Notes: generated by a model not told the origin, from the letters alone. A stretch of 64,000 nucleotides of DNA from Rubrobacter sp. (GCA_016781775.1 JADDPR010000266.1:6485-70484); one strand, 5' to 3'; positions 40,115 to 49,102 are shown, counted from the stretch's first letter. Made by a program: numbers and translations.

Positions 40115-41495
40115 GAGCCAATCTCTCCTTTAACTTGCGAGTCAGCCGATCCAGCCCGACCCCTCTGGATCCCTTGACGACGACGTAGTCGCCTTCTTCG
40201 AGCACGCTCTCGAGACCTTCGGCTGCGGCCTCTGCGCTCTCGTACTGCAGGGACTCGCCGGGGAAAGCCTCCGCGTACCATCGAGCCTCGTCCCCGACGC
40301 ACACAAGCTTCTCTACCCCGACCTCGGCCGCGAGCCGGCCGGCCTCCCGGTGATACTCCCGGGCCGCTGCCCCGAGCTCGAACATGCCGCCGAGCACCGC
40401 TATCAGCCGGCGCTGCTGCCGCCGCGCGCCCTCGGCCCCATAACGTAATACGGCCGCGACCGCGGCCGGAGACGCGTTGTAAGAGTCGTCGTAGACGATG
40501 ATGTCCTCCCGAAGCCTGTATACCTCGCCCCTGAGGCCCGTACGCCTGAGACGCGTGAGGCCGCTGGCGCACTCCTCGGGGCCCACCCCGAGCGCCAGAC
40601 CGCCCCCGATCGCCGCCAGAAGCGGCTCCACGAGGTGCGTCCCGAAGACCGGGGCCTTGACCTCGATCTCACGTCCTTCGTCCCTCGTGTGCAGGGTAAA
40701 GGAAAGCCCGCTCTGTTGCTCGGCGACCTCGGAAGCGTAAAGGTCCGCCTCAGGTGTACGCCCGAAGGTGATGCGCCGCCCTATCCCCCTTCCGGTTCCC
40801 GTAGAAGCGGCGGGCGCATCGACGGGACATACGAGGACGCTCGCGGGGCCCTCGGGGAGGGACATTGCCAGCTCGCCCTTCGTGGCGGCGAGGGCCTCGA
40901 GGCTGCCGAACGAATCGAGGTGTACCGGCGAGACCGCGGTAAGGACGCCGACGTCGGGCGGGGCTATGCGGGAGAGGTGGGCGATGTCTCCGGGATGGGT
41001 CGCGCCCATCTCGAGGACGAGCACCTCCGCCTTCTCGTCGGCGCCGAGCACCGTGAGGGGTAGACCGATCTCGTTGTTGAAGTTCCCCTCCGTAGCACCC
41101 ACGCGCCTGCCCGCGGAGCGCAGGATCGCCGCAAGGGCGTCCTTTACTGTCGTCTTGCCCACGCTGCCCGTGATCCCGACGACCGTCGGAGCGCCCTCCC
41201 GGGATAGGGTCCATCGAGCAAGCTCCCCCAAGGCAGCCTGCACGTCCTCCACCACGACCGTCGGCACGGAGAGAGGCCTCTCGCAGACCACCGCGACCGC
41301 GCCCCTCAACATCGCCTCCGGCGCGAAGTCCGCCCCGTCCACCCGGCCCTTCAGGGCGAAGAACAGCTGCCCCTCGCGTACCTGTCGGGAGTCAACGGCC
41401 GCCCCCGAGACCGGTGTTTGCGCCCTCTCAGCCGGGACCTCGTGGAGCGCGCCGCCCATGGCCTCCGCGGCCCGTTCCAAGGAGACGGGCCTCAT
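40107..41495 (-). CDS. murF: UDP-MurNAc-tripeptide-D-Ala-D-Ala ligase
   Basis: DSR, GITGSVGKTTVK, NFNNEIGLP, LEMG, DDSYNASP, VKGSRG. Confidence 0.97.
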   Translation of the reverse strand: MRPVSLERAAEAMGGALHEVPAERAQTPVSGAAVDSRQVREGQLFFALKGRVDGADFAPEAMLRGAVAVVCERPLSVPTVVVEDVQAALGELARWTLSREGAPTVVGITGSVGKTTVKDALAAILRSAGRRVGATEGNFNNEIGLPLTVLGADEKAEVLVLEMGATHPGDIAHLSRIAPPDVGVLTAVSPVHLDSFGSLEALAATKGELAMSLPEGPASVLVCPVDAPAASTGTGRGIGRRITFGRTPEADLYASEVAEQQSGLSFTLHTRDEGREIEVKAPVFGTHLVEPLLAAIGGGLALGVGPEECASGLTRLRRTGLRGEVYRLREDIIVYDDSYNASPAAVAAVLRYGAEGARRQQRRLIAVLGGMFELGAAAREYHREAGRLAAEVGVEKLVCVGDEARWYAEAFPGESLQYESAEAAAEGLESVLEEGDYVVVKGSRGVGLDRLTRKLKERLALV

Positions 41496-43324
41496 CGCTC
41501 GCCACCCTCGGGGTGCTGGTCCATGGCGGGCATATCCTTGCGGTCGGGCGGGACGTTCATGTAGCTCAGGGTGAAGCTCATGATCTTCTGGAATGCGGGG
41601 GCGGCAACTACCTCGCCCCAGTAAGTCGTCTGCGGATCGTCCACCAGGACAAGGGTCAGGTACTCCGGATCATCGGTGGGGGCGAAACCGATAAAAGAGG
41701 TGAAGTAGCCCCCGCCGTAGAGCCCGGTCTCGGGGTCGACCTTTTCGGCGGTACCGGTCTTCCCGGCGACGCTGTAACCGGGGATCTTGGCGAGCCCGCC
41801 CGTCCCCTCCTCGCCCTCGACCACGCGCTGGAGCATCCCGCGTACTATAGTCGAGGTGTTCTCGCTTATCACCCGGCGGCCGGGAGCCTCGGGGGCCGCC
41901 CCTTGCGTCACGTGCGGCGTCACGGCGAGACCGCCGTTGGCGAGGGAGGCGTAACCCGCCGCAAGCTGCAGGGGCGTTACGGTGAGGCCCTGGCCGATCG
42001 GGATGTTGCCGATGGAGGCGCCGCTCCACTCCTCGTACGGGGGCACGAGACCCGCGTCCTCGCCCCAGAGATCCACGCCGGTCACCTCCCCGAAGCCGAA
42101 ACGGCCCATGTACTCGGCGAGCTTCTCCCCGCCAAGGGCCTGCGCGACCTGCACCGTTCCGACGTTGCTAGAGCGGGCGAGGATGCCGCCGGGATCGAGG
42201 GTCAGGATCTCGTGGGGCTCGGAGTCGTTGATGATTCTGTCGGCGACCGCCATCTGGTCGGGGATGACGAAGGAGCTGTCCTCCGACACCGCCCCCTCTT
42301 CTATCGCGGCGGCCATCGTGAAGGCCTTGAAGGTGGATCCGGGTTCGTACGGGTCGGTGAGCGCCCGGTTGCGCTGGGCCTCCCCGGAGGCCTCCCCGAA
42401 CTCGTTGTTGTCGTAGCCGGGGACGTTGGCGAGTGCGACGACCGCGCCGTCCTCGACGCGCATCACGATCCCGAGGGCGCTCTTGGCCTCGTGCTCCTCG
42501 ACGGTCTCGACGAGCGTCCCCTCGAGCTCGCCCTGCACGGCGGTATCCAGGGTGAGCTTTACGTCCTCGCCGCTTTTCAGCTCCTCTTCGTGGCTCGCCT
42601 CGACCCCACCGTACGCTATGTCCGCCCCAAGGTGCCCGAGGGTCTGGCTCGCGAGGGCACCGTTCGGGTAGACCCTCTCGGCGTCCGGGGAGACCGAGAC
42701 GCCCGGGAGTGCGAGGTCCTGGATGCCGCGCGCCTTCCCGGGCTCGACCCCGGAAGCGACGACGCTGTAGCCGCTCAGGCCGCCGCCGGCGTCCCTTTTC
42801 GTGAGCTTCTCCTCCACCTCGGAGGGCTCGAAGCCGAGCATCCCGGCCAGCGCCTCCGCCGCCGCGCGCGGGTCCTCGACGAGGTACGGCGTCGCCACGA
42901 TCTTCGAGGCCTCGAGGCTGGTCGCCAGCTGCCGGCCGTCGGCGCTGAGTATGGCGCCGCGCTCGGCCCGGTCCTCGACGGCGGAGACGCGACGGTGCTC
43001 CGTGGCGAACAGCCCTGTGCCCTCCTCGTTTGCCGTTGTCAGCTGCACGGCCCGTCCCCCGAGCGAGAGACAGACGACGGCGACGACGCCCACGGCCAGC
43101 CGGACCCTGCCGTGCCCGACCGCCTGGCCGCGGGCGCCACCAACAGGAGGTCGTGTCCTCCGCGACGTGCCACGCCTCCCCCTGGCCGTGAGCGGCACGA
43201 CCTTCTCGCCGTCCGCGCACCCGAGGCTGGCGGCGGTGCGGGGGCCGCCCCGGACCTTCCGGTCCCGGGCATCAACCGCCGCTCCCCTTTTCTTCCTCCC
43301 CTTCACTCGCCACGTCCTCCCCAT
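41492..43324 (-). CDS. ftsI: Class B penicillin-binding protein FtsI (start uncertain)
   Basis: RGAILSADG, RVYPNG, LTLD, EPGSTFK (SxxK), SSN, KTGTA. Confidence 0.93.
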   Translation of the reverse strand: MGRTWRVKGRKKRGAAVDARDRKVRGGPRTAASLGCADGEKVVPLTARGRRGTSRRTRPPVGGARGQAVGHGRVRLAVGVVAVVCLSLGGRAVQLTTANEEGTGLFATEHRRVSAVEDRAERGAILSADGRQLATSLEASKIVATPYLVEDPRAAAEALAGMLGFEPSEVEEKLTKRDAGGGLSGYSVVASGVEPGKARGIQDLALPGVSVSPDAERVYPNGALASQTLGHLGADIAYGGVEASHEEELKSGEDVKLTLDTAVQGELEGTLVETVEEHEAKSALGIVMRVEDGAVVALANVPGYDNNEFGEASGEAQRNRALTDPYEPGSTFKAFTMAAAIEEGAVSEDSSFVIPDQMAVADRIINDSEPHEILTLDPGGILARSSNVGTVQVAQALGGEKLAEYMGRFGFGEVTGVDLWGEDAGLVPPYEEWSGASIGNIPIGQGLTVTPLQLAAGYASLANGGLAVTPHVTQGAAPEAPGRRVISENTSTIVRGMLQRVVEGEEGTGGLAKIPGYSVAGKTGTAEKVDPETGLYGGGYFTSFIGFAPTDDPEYLTLVLVDDPQTTYWGEVVAAPAFQKIMSFTLSYMNVPPDRKDMPAMDQHPEGGER

Positions 43325-43703
43325 CGCTCCCGCTGTAGGTCTTCAGGTCCCTGCCGGATGGATCTCTCATGCCGAGATCCCGCCTCGCTAAGCTCCGAAC
43401 CCTCCCCGGTTCCGAGAGCTCCGAGACCTTGACCTCCAGACGCTCGGCCTCCACCTCGGCCTGCGCCTTCTCCTCCTGTAGAACCGTCGCCTCCGCCTCG
43501 AGCCCGGCCGCCGTTGTATGGACGTAGACGCTCCCAAGCATCAACACCACCGGAACCACGACGAAGACCAGAAAAGATCGGCGCCTGCGCGCTGCCTGCC
43601 CCCTGGCCCTCGCGGCGTTACGGGGCGCCCCGCCCGGTAACCTCCCGAGAGGCGCCTCGACGGCCGGTGCCCCGTAGTCTCGCTTTCTCTGGGGCGCGGC
43701 CAC
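43272..43703 (-). CDS. ftsL: Cell division protein FtsL
   Basis: Single TM, coiled coil, 'ELSEPGRVRSLARRDLGM'; between rsmH and ftsI. Confidence 0.8.
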   Translation of the reverse strand: MAAPQRKRDYGAPAVEAPLGRLPGGAPRNAARARGQAARRRRSFLVFVVVPVVLMLGSVYVHTTAAGLEAEATVLQEEKAQAEVEAERLEVKVSELSEPGRVRSLARRDLGMRDPSGRDLKTYSGSDGEDVASEGEEEKGSGG

Positions 43704-44635
43704 TACCGTCCCCCTAACGGCTCGTTCGTGCGAACGGCGGAGCGCAAGCGGGCGGACGCGCTGCGAGAGTTCTCCCCGACCTCCTGCTGAGAAGGCTTAC
43801 GCACCACTCCCCTGCGAAGGATCGGCGCCGCCCCGCACACGCACACCGGCAGCTCCGGCGGACAGACGCAGCGGCCCTCGCGGTCCTTTATGAACCGCTT
43901 GACGGTACGGTCCTCGCCGGAGTGGAACGTGATCGCCACGAGACGCCCGCCCGGTACGAGGAGCTCCTCCGCAGCGTCGAGCGCCCGTTCGAGGCCCCCG
44001 ATCTCGTCGTTCACGAAGACCCGCACCGCCTGAAACACCCTCTTCGCCGGGTTGCCGCCCCTCTCCTTCCAGCCGACCGCCGAGCGCACGGCCCCCGACA
44101 ACTCCACCGTCGTAAGGAGCGGACGACGCTTGGAGATCTCCCCGGCGACCCGCCGAGCCTCCCCGCGCGGCACGTCCCCGTAGCGGACGAGGACGTCCGA
44201 GATCTCCGCCGGCTCGGCCTCGTTCAGAAAATCCGCCGCGGACCGGCCGGAGCTCGGGTCCATGCGCATGTCGAGCGGGCCCTCCTGCACGTAGCTGAAG
44301 CCACGCTCGGCCTCGTCGATCTGGAAGCTCGAGAGCCCGAGGTCGAAGAGGACGCCGTCCGCCCGCACGCCTTCCTCCACGAGCCGCTTCAGAACCTCGT
44401 CGTAGGCGCCGACCTTGAAGGAGAACCGCGGGTCCTCACGCAACTTGGCCGCCCTTTCGGCGGCCTCGGGATCGCGGTCGATGGCTATAAGTCGCCCCCC
44501 GGGCCCGAGCTCCTCCAGTATTCTCCGGGAGTGCCCCCCACCGCCGAAGGTGGCGTCGACGATCGTCTCGTCGCCCTTGGGCGTGAGCGCCTCGAGCGCC
44601 TCTTCTAGCATCACGGGATAGTGTCCGGTAGTCAT
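43703..44635 (-). CDS. rsmH: 16S rRNA m4C1402 methyltransferase
   Basis: HYPVML, DATFGGGGHS, DLGLSSFQID, RGFS, PLDMRMD, FHSGEDR. Confidence 0.97.
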   Translation of the reverse strand: MTTGHYPVMLEEALEALTPKGDETIVDATFGGGGHSRRILEELGPGGRLIAIDRDPEAAERAAKLREDPRFSFKVGAYDEVLKRLVEEGVRADGVLFDLGLSSFQIDEAERGFSYVQEGPLDMRMDPSSGRSAADFLNEAEPAEISDVLVRYGDVPRGEARRVAGEISKRRPLLTTVELSGAVRSAVGWKERGGNPAKRVFQAVRVFVNDEIGGLERALDAAEELLVPGGRLVAITFHSGEDRTVKRFIKDREGRCVCPPELPVCVCGAAPILRRGVVRKPSQQEVGENSRSASARLRSAVRTNEPLGGR

Positions 44636-45075
44636 CAAACCCCGAAGTCCCTTCCGGCGAACTCCTCGACGATCTCCGCAAAGGACTCGTCGGCGCTCGA
44701 CAGGTAACGGTTCCACTCGTCGGTGTCCCATATCTCCAAGCGGTCATCCACCCCGGCGAGGGTAACCGATTGCGAGAGACCCGCGTACTGGGCGAGCTTG
44801 GTGGGGACCAGGACCCGCCCCTGGCGATCCAGGGTAGCCTCGAACGCCATCGAGAAGAACATCCTCGAGAGCTGACGCCCCTTGGCCGACAGGTCCGCGT
44901 TGGCCTTTATGTTCGCTTTGAATGCCGCCCACTCGTCCGGCGGGAACGCGAACAAACAACGATCAACCCCCTTGGTGATGACGATGCCGCCCTCAAAGTA
45001 GGAGCGGAGTCGGGAGGGGAGAGTCAACCGCCCTTTCTCATCTAGGGTGTGCTCATACTCTCCCAGAAGGGCCAG
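44635..45075 (-). CDS. mraZ: Transcriptional regulator MraZ; CTG start
   Basis: (M)ALLGEYEHTLDEKGRLTLP...LDRQGRVLVP...GVDDRLEIWD; GGGAGG 8 nt before CTG. Confidence 0.95.
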   Translation of the reverse strand: MALLGEYEHTLDEKGRLTLPSRLRSYFEGGIVITKGVDRCLFAFPPDEWAAFKANIKANADLSAKGRQLSRMFFSMAFEATLDRQGRVLVPTKLAQYAGLSQSVTLAGVDDRLEIWDTDEWNRYLSSADESFAEIVEEFAGRDFGV

Positions 45076-45086
45076 GGTCTCGTCCT

Positions 45087-45111
45087 CCCACTACGTCCCA
45101 CTTTGACCCAC
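45087..45111 (-). promoter_or_regulatory. MraZ operator: three GTGGG repeats with 10-bp periodicity
   Basis: GTGGG-TCAAA-GTGGG-ACGTA-GTGGG just upstream of mraZ. Confidence 0.8.
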
Positions 45112-45121
45112 AACGCTGGGA

Positions 45122-45150
45122 ATTCTGGCATACCCCTGCAAAACCTGCAA
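45122..45150 (-). promoter_or_regulatory. dcw promoter TTGCAG-N17-CAGAAT (TG-extended)
   Basis: 17-nt spacer; lies directly upstream of the MraZ boxes. Confidence 0.55.
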
Positions 45151-45437
45151 TCGAGCGGGGCCTTATTCGGGTTATCGGCACAGAACTCGCCCTTTCGAGC
45201 CCTTTTTACCCTCCCCCCCAGGGTACTGGACCCCCTATACAAAACGCAACCACAAGCGTGAGCCCAGTGATATCGAGGCAGTGTTGCGTTAGCTCCGGCG
45301 GAGCGATCGAGTGGAACATGTAGGTGAGGCTGCGAAGCTGGCACTACATATTGAGCGACAGAGAAATAGGCGTTGGAACTCGGTCTTCCCTTGCGGATAG
45401 ACAGGGATGGGAGTCCGATGGGAAGCGGGTAATAGGG

Positions 45438-45511
45438 TGGGCCCACCAGGACTCGAACCTGGGACCGTCCGATTATGAGTCGGATGCTCTAACCAACTGA
45501 GCTATGGGCCC
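45438..45511 (-). tRNA. tRNA with CAT anticodon, most likely tRNA-Ile2 (lysidine-modified)
   Basis: GGGCCCA/TGGGCCC acceptor stem, D-loop AGTTGGTTA, anticodon loop CTCATAA, GGTTCGAGTCC; lacks initiator features; CCA not encoded. Confidence 0.88.
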
Positions 45512-45530
45512 AAGAATCTTGGGCGGTGAG

Positions 45531-45602
45531 CTGCCCTGGTAGGACTCGAACCTACAACCCTCCGATTAACAGTCGGATGCTCTGCCATTGAGCTACAGGG
45601 CA
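45531..45602 (-). tRNA. tRNA-Asn(GTT)
   Basis: TGCCCTG/CAGGGCA acceptor stem, anticodon loop CTGTTAA, T-arm GGTTCGAGTCC, discriminator G. Confidence 0.95.
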
Positions 45603-45613
45603 ATGATGTTCAA

Positions 45614-45642
45614 AGTATACGGCCCACGGCCTCCGGCTTCAA
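45614..45642 (-). promoter_or_regulatory. tRNA operon promoter TTGAAG-N17-TATACT
   Basis: Near-consensus hexamers with exact 17-nt spacer, ending 11 nt before tRNA-Asn. Confidence 0.75.
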
Positions 45643-48551
45643 GATTCCGGGGTCATGTTGCTTGCGGCCTGTCTGAGCTGCCTGGCCTCCGTATGCAGGC
45701 GAAGTTTCTCGTCGAAGTCTTCGGTACGGGCCTTGGCCCTCTCGCGGCTGAGGGCGCCGAGCCTGAACCAGGCCGCGCGCAACGAAGCCTCCGAGGGATC
45801 CAGCCTCTCCCCCTCCGCTTGGAGCGCGCTCACCTCGTCGAGCAACGGACGAACCCGCTCGTCGGCGAGGAGGGCGCCCGGCTCGTCCGCGTGTTCGAGA
45901 AGCAAGGCGTAGATGTGCGCCTGGGTTTCGTCGCCAAAGTCTTTCAGCTTCAGAACAAAGGGCGCATCGAGGATACCGGGCGCCTCCACCCCCTCGGCGA
46001 TCGCACGGGCGGCCAGGCCGGGACGGGCAAACGCGTGGGCGAGCACCTCGCGGCCCGCCTCGATCACGGGGTCCCGGGGCCGGCGACGCGCTGGACGATC
46101 TGCTTTGCCTGGCTCTCCATCCCCGGGCTCGGGCGCGGACCTCAGGGCTCGGGCGTTCACGCCCAGGGCTTCGGTGGCGAGCCGCAGGGCATCCCGATAA
46201 AAGACGGGGTCCCGTATCTCCTTTATAAGCCCCTTAATTTCGGACATGACCCGCGAGCGTTCGGCGGCTCCCGAGCCGCGCGCTCGGTCCGCTTTGCGGC
46301 GGAAGATGTACTCGAGGACCGGCACGGCCCCCGAGAGAAGCTCGCGGAACTCCTCGGCGGGGTGCTCGAGCAGCCAATCGGCCGGGTCTTCGGAGAGCCG
46401 GAGCACGCGGAGGTCGAGCTTCAACTCGGCGGCCGTGGCGGCCGCCCTTTCGACGGCCTTCTCCCCCGCCTCGTCGGGGTCGAAGATCAGGTGAATAGTC
46501 TCTGCGTAACCGCTCAACGACTTGAGGTGTTGCTCGGTCATCGCCGTGCCAAGGGTGGCGACGGAGTTTTTGATCCCGGCCTGATTGAGCATCAAGACGT
46601 CGGTGTACCCCTCGACGATGAGGGCGACCTTCTCACGCCGCATCTCCGCGGCGGCCTGGGGGAGACCGTAGAGCAGGGAGCGCTTGTTGAAGAGCTCCGT
46701 CTCCGGGGAGTTCAGGTACTTCGGCTTCGCGTCCCCAAGGGTGCGAGCGCCGAAGCCGACGATGCGCCCGCGCAAGTCGGAGATCGGGAACGTCACCCGA
46801 TCCACGAACCTCTCACCCCCACGAGGCGACAGCAGACCGGCAGCGTCCAGAGCGCTACGCTCCAGCCCGATCTTGCGCGCCGCCGCCGAGAAACTCGCCG
46901 CCCCGCGAGGCGGGGCGTACCCCAAACGAAATTCTTCGATAGTAGAAGACCCCATTCCGCGCCCCTTCAGGTAGCGGCGAGCTTCCTCGGCGGTCGAAGC
47001 TTTGAGGAAGTACTTATGATAGTAGACGGCGGCGGCTGCGAGGGCCTTGTAGGCGGAGCGGCGTCGGGCGGTGCGCGTCTTGGCGGCGCGTTCCTCCCCC
47101 GGCGAGCGCCCCTCGAACTCCAGCTCGATCCCGAATCGCTCGCCGAGGTGCGAGACCGCCTCGGCGAAGGGGAGGTTCTTCAGTTCCATAACGAGCTTGA
47201 TGGCGTCGCCTCCGCGCTGGCAGTTATGGGTGGTGCCCATTTTGGTCAGGAACGTATGAGAGCCCGTCGTGGTGATGTCGACTACCGTGGCGGGGTTCTT
47301 CCGCTCGTCCTCGATCTCCTGCACCACCGACCAGTAGTACGTCGTGCCGTTTACTGGCGCGAAGAACCCCTTCATGGATTCCCTACGCGGCATGTGTAGG
47401 GCGAAGGTTTTCCTGCGGCTCACGCCGTCTTTGGCCGTCCGAGCAGGGTAGGAGTTTATCGAGACCGGCTTCTCCATCTGAATTAGAAGGGCGAAGACCC
47501 CGTAAGCCAGTTCTTCCGAGACGGTAGCAGCGCCCACGGACCCGTTTTGTGTGCGCCCATCTCCATCAAGGTAGCCTTGAACAAATGCAGCCTGGGTTTC
47601 AGGCGTCCAATTCAAAGCTTCTATAGGGACACGCTTCTCCGCGCATCCACTTCCGAACCAGTGGCGGAACAGCGCAGATAGATCCGTGCTGGAGCACGTT
47701 ACCTCGCAGATGTTTTTCTCCTGACGGACCCTCTTCGTGCTCGGTTTTGCGAACTCCTCATCGAGTATTCTCGAAACCTCTTCGGCCAGGGTCTCGCTCT
47801 CGTCGGCGCTGAATGACCACTTAACGCCGCCCCTGTATAAGGACCCTTCGGCTGCGTACACGCCGTACAACCAGGCCGTCCTGTCGTTCACGTGCAGCGA
47901 GGTGGTTCGCACGTTTCTCGGACCGCTCGTATAGGGTTTGATCACGTGCTCGCCTATAAGAGGAGCGTCTTCCCTCTCGACCGCTGGGATCACGGGGTAG
48001 AGCAAAAAATCTCCCTCACGAATATCGGCGGCGTGCTTCACGGACAGCTTGGCGTCCGAACCCTTTCGTCCGAGCTTACTGGAAAACCTTATCTGTTCGC
48101 CGCCCCTGTGCCGTAGGTGAAGGCGTGGGACAGCCCGTAGTGCCTCTTCCTTCTCGACGAAGACGCACCAGTGGTCCGGCGTGAGCTCCAGCCCCTCCTT
48201 CGCAGCACCGGTACGGATCTTCAAGGTGGGCTTGGATTTAAAGACCTTGTCCGTGATGGTCTCGCGCCGTCCGTCGAGACCGATAACCTCGTCGCCGATC
48301 TCGGCCGCGGCTATGGGGATCAAGCCCCTGGAGGTCCAGATGCGCTCGTTGGCTTCCAAGCACCCGAAGCAGTGATAGAAGCCCTTCTCTGGGGAGACGC
48401 CGAAGGAGGGTGATTTCTCGTTGTGGTCGGGGTAGGGGCAGAGGCCGGTGAAGCGGGCGCCCACCCGGCGGAGCGCGGTGAACTCGGAGGCGACCTCGAC
48501 GATGTTCGCCCCCTCCCTTACGGCCTCTATGCTGCGCTGCGAGATCCTCAC
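45639..48551 (-). CDS. dnaG: DNA primase DnaG, intein-containing precursor
   Basis: CPYPDHNEKSPSF...YHCFG|intein|CQRGGDAI, FPI...VGFGAR, KYLNSPETELFNK, VEGYTDV, FDPDEAG; GTG start 7 nt after TAGAAT. Confidence 0.97.
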   Translation of the reverse strand: MRISQRSIEAVREGANIVEVASEFTALRRVGARFTGLCPYPDHNEKSPSFGVSPEKGFYHCFGCLEANERIWTSRGLIPIAAAEIGDEVIGLDGRRETITDKVFKSKPTLKIRTGAAKEGLELTPDHWCVFVEKEEALRAVPRLHLRHRGGEQIRFSSKLGRKGSDAKLSVKHAADIREGDFLLYPVIPAVEREDAPLIGEHVIKPYTSGPRNVRTTSLHVNDRTAWLYGVYAAEGSLYRGGVKWSFSADESETLAEEVSRILDEEFAKPSTKRVRQEKNICEVTCSSTDLSALFRHWFGSGCAEKRVPIEALNWTPETQAAFVQGYLDGDGRTQNGSVGAATVSEELAYGVFALLIQMEKPVSINSYPARTAKDGVSRRKTFALHMPRRESMKGFFAPVNGTTYYWSVVQEIEDERKNPATVVDITTTGSHTFLTKMGTTHNCQRGGDAIKLVMELKNLPFAEAVSHLGERFGIELEFEGRSPGEERAAKTRTARRRSAYKALAAAAVYYHKYFLKASTAEEARRYLKGRGMGSSTIEEFRLGYAPPRGAASFSAAARKIGLERSALDAAGLLSPRGGERFVDRVTFPISDLRGRIVGFGARTLGDAKPKYLNSPETELFNKRSLLYGLPQAAAEMRREKVALIVEGYTDVLMLNQAGIKNSVATLGTAMTEQHLKSLSGYAETIHLIFDPDEAGEKAVERAAATAAELKLDLRVLRLSEDPADWLLEHPAEEFRELLSGAVPVLEYIFRRKADRARGSGAAERSRVMSEIKGLIKEIRDPVFYRDALRLATEALGVNARALRSAPEPGDGEPGKADRPARRRPRDPVIEAGREVLAHAFARPGLAARAIAEGVEAPGILDAPFVLKLKDFGDETQAHIYALLLEHADEPGALLADERVRPLLDEVSALQAEGERLDPSEASLRAAWFRLGALSRERAKARTEDFDEKLRLHTEARQLRQAASNMTPES
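47223..48362 (-). mobile_element. Intein (380 aa) with LAGLIDADG homing endonuclease in DnaG
   Basis: Block A CLEANERIWT, block B LTPDH, LAGLIDADG blocks WLYGVYAAEGS and FVQGYLDGDG, block F VVDITT..SHTF, block G THN/C. Confidence 0.96.
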
Positions 48552-49102
48552 TCCGCACATTCTACGGTGAACGACGCGGATGACCTAGGGGAGGGTGCTC
48601 GCCCGGGTGGTCGAGTTGCCAGGTCCTGCCCGCACGGCCCCTCTCCAACCGCCTGGTGAGTCCCCGAGGCTTCCTCCAAGAGCCTCCTCGGACGGCACGC
48701 CCCTCTCCTCTTGCACGAAGAGAACGTAGCAGCCTCATGGGCATGCGTTGGCCACGTCCGGCGGCAAGCTTCCGCGCATGTCCTTATTTTCCTACCGCAC
48801 GGTTGTGGCCGAGGGCATACGAGATCAGTTCAAGGGGGCGGTGAATTCGCGTTGGTCCAAGAGCCGAGCAACCGGTTTCGCTCCTCAAGAGGGCCCGAGC
48901 AGGAAAAGTAAGAGCGGCTCCAATTGAATTTGTGCTTCTTGCGGGGCGATTATCGAGCGTGTAGGCGGGGTAAGTGCGTCGAAGAGTGCGCCCCCAGGGG
49001 AGCACAGTGACCAGCTTCGTTAGTCCCGAAGGGCATGTTGTTGCGAGGCTTCCTCGCAGCGAGACGGAAGCACGGCACGAGCCTCAACCTCGACCCTCAG
49101 TT

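Noticed and set aside
45438-45511. CAT-anticodon tRNA as initiator tRNA-fMet, or as an explanation for ATA starts
   Set aside because: It has a paired G1-C72 and lacks the three G-C pairs of the initiator anticodon stem; it fits elongator Ile2 and does not act in initiation.
45110-45640. tRNA genes as an integration site for a prophage or island
   Set aside because: No integrase and no duplicated tRNA 3' end are visible; both flanks are core genes.
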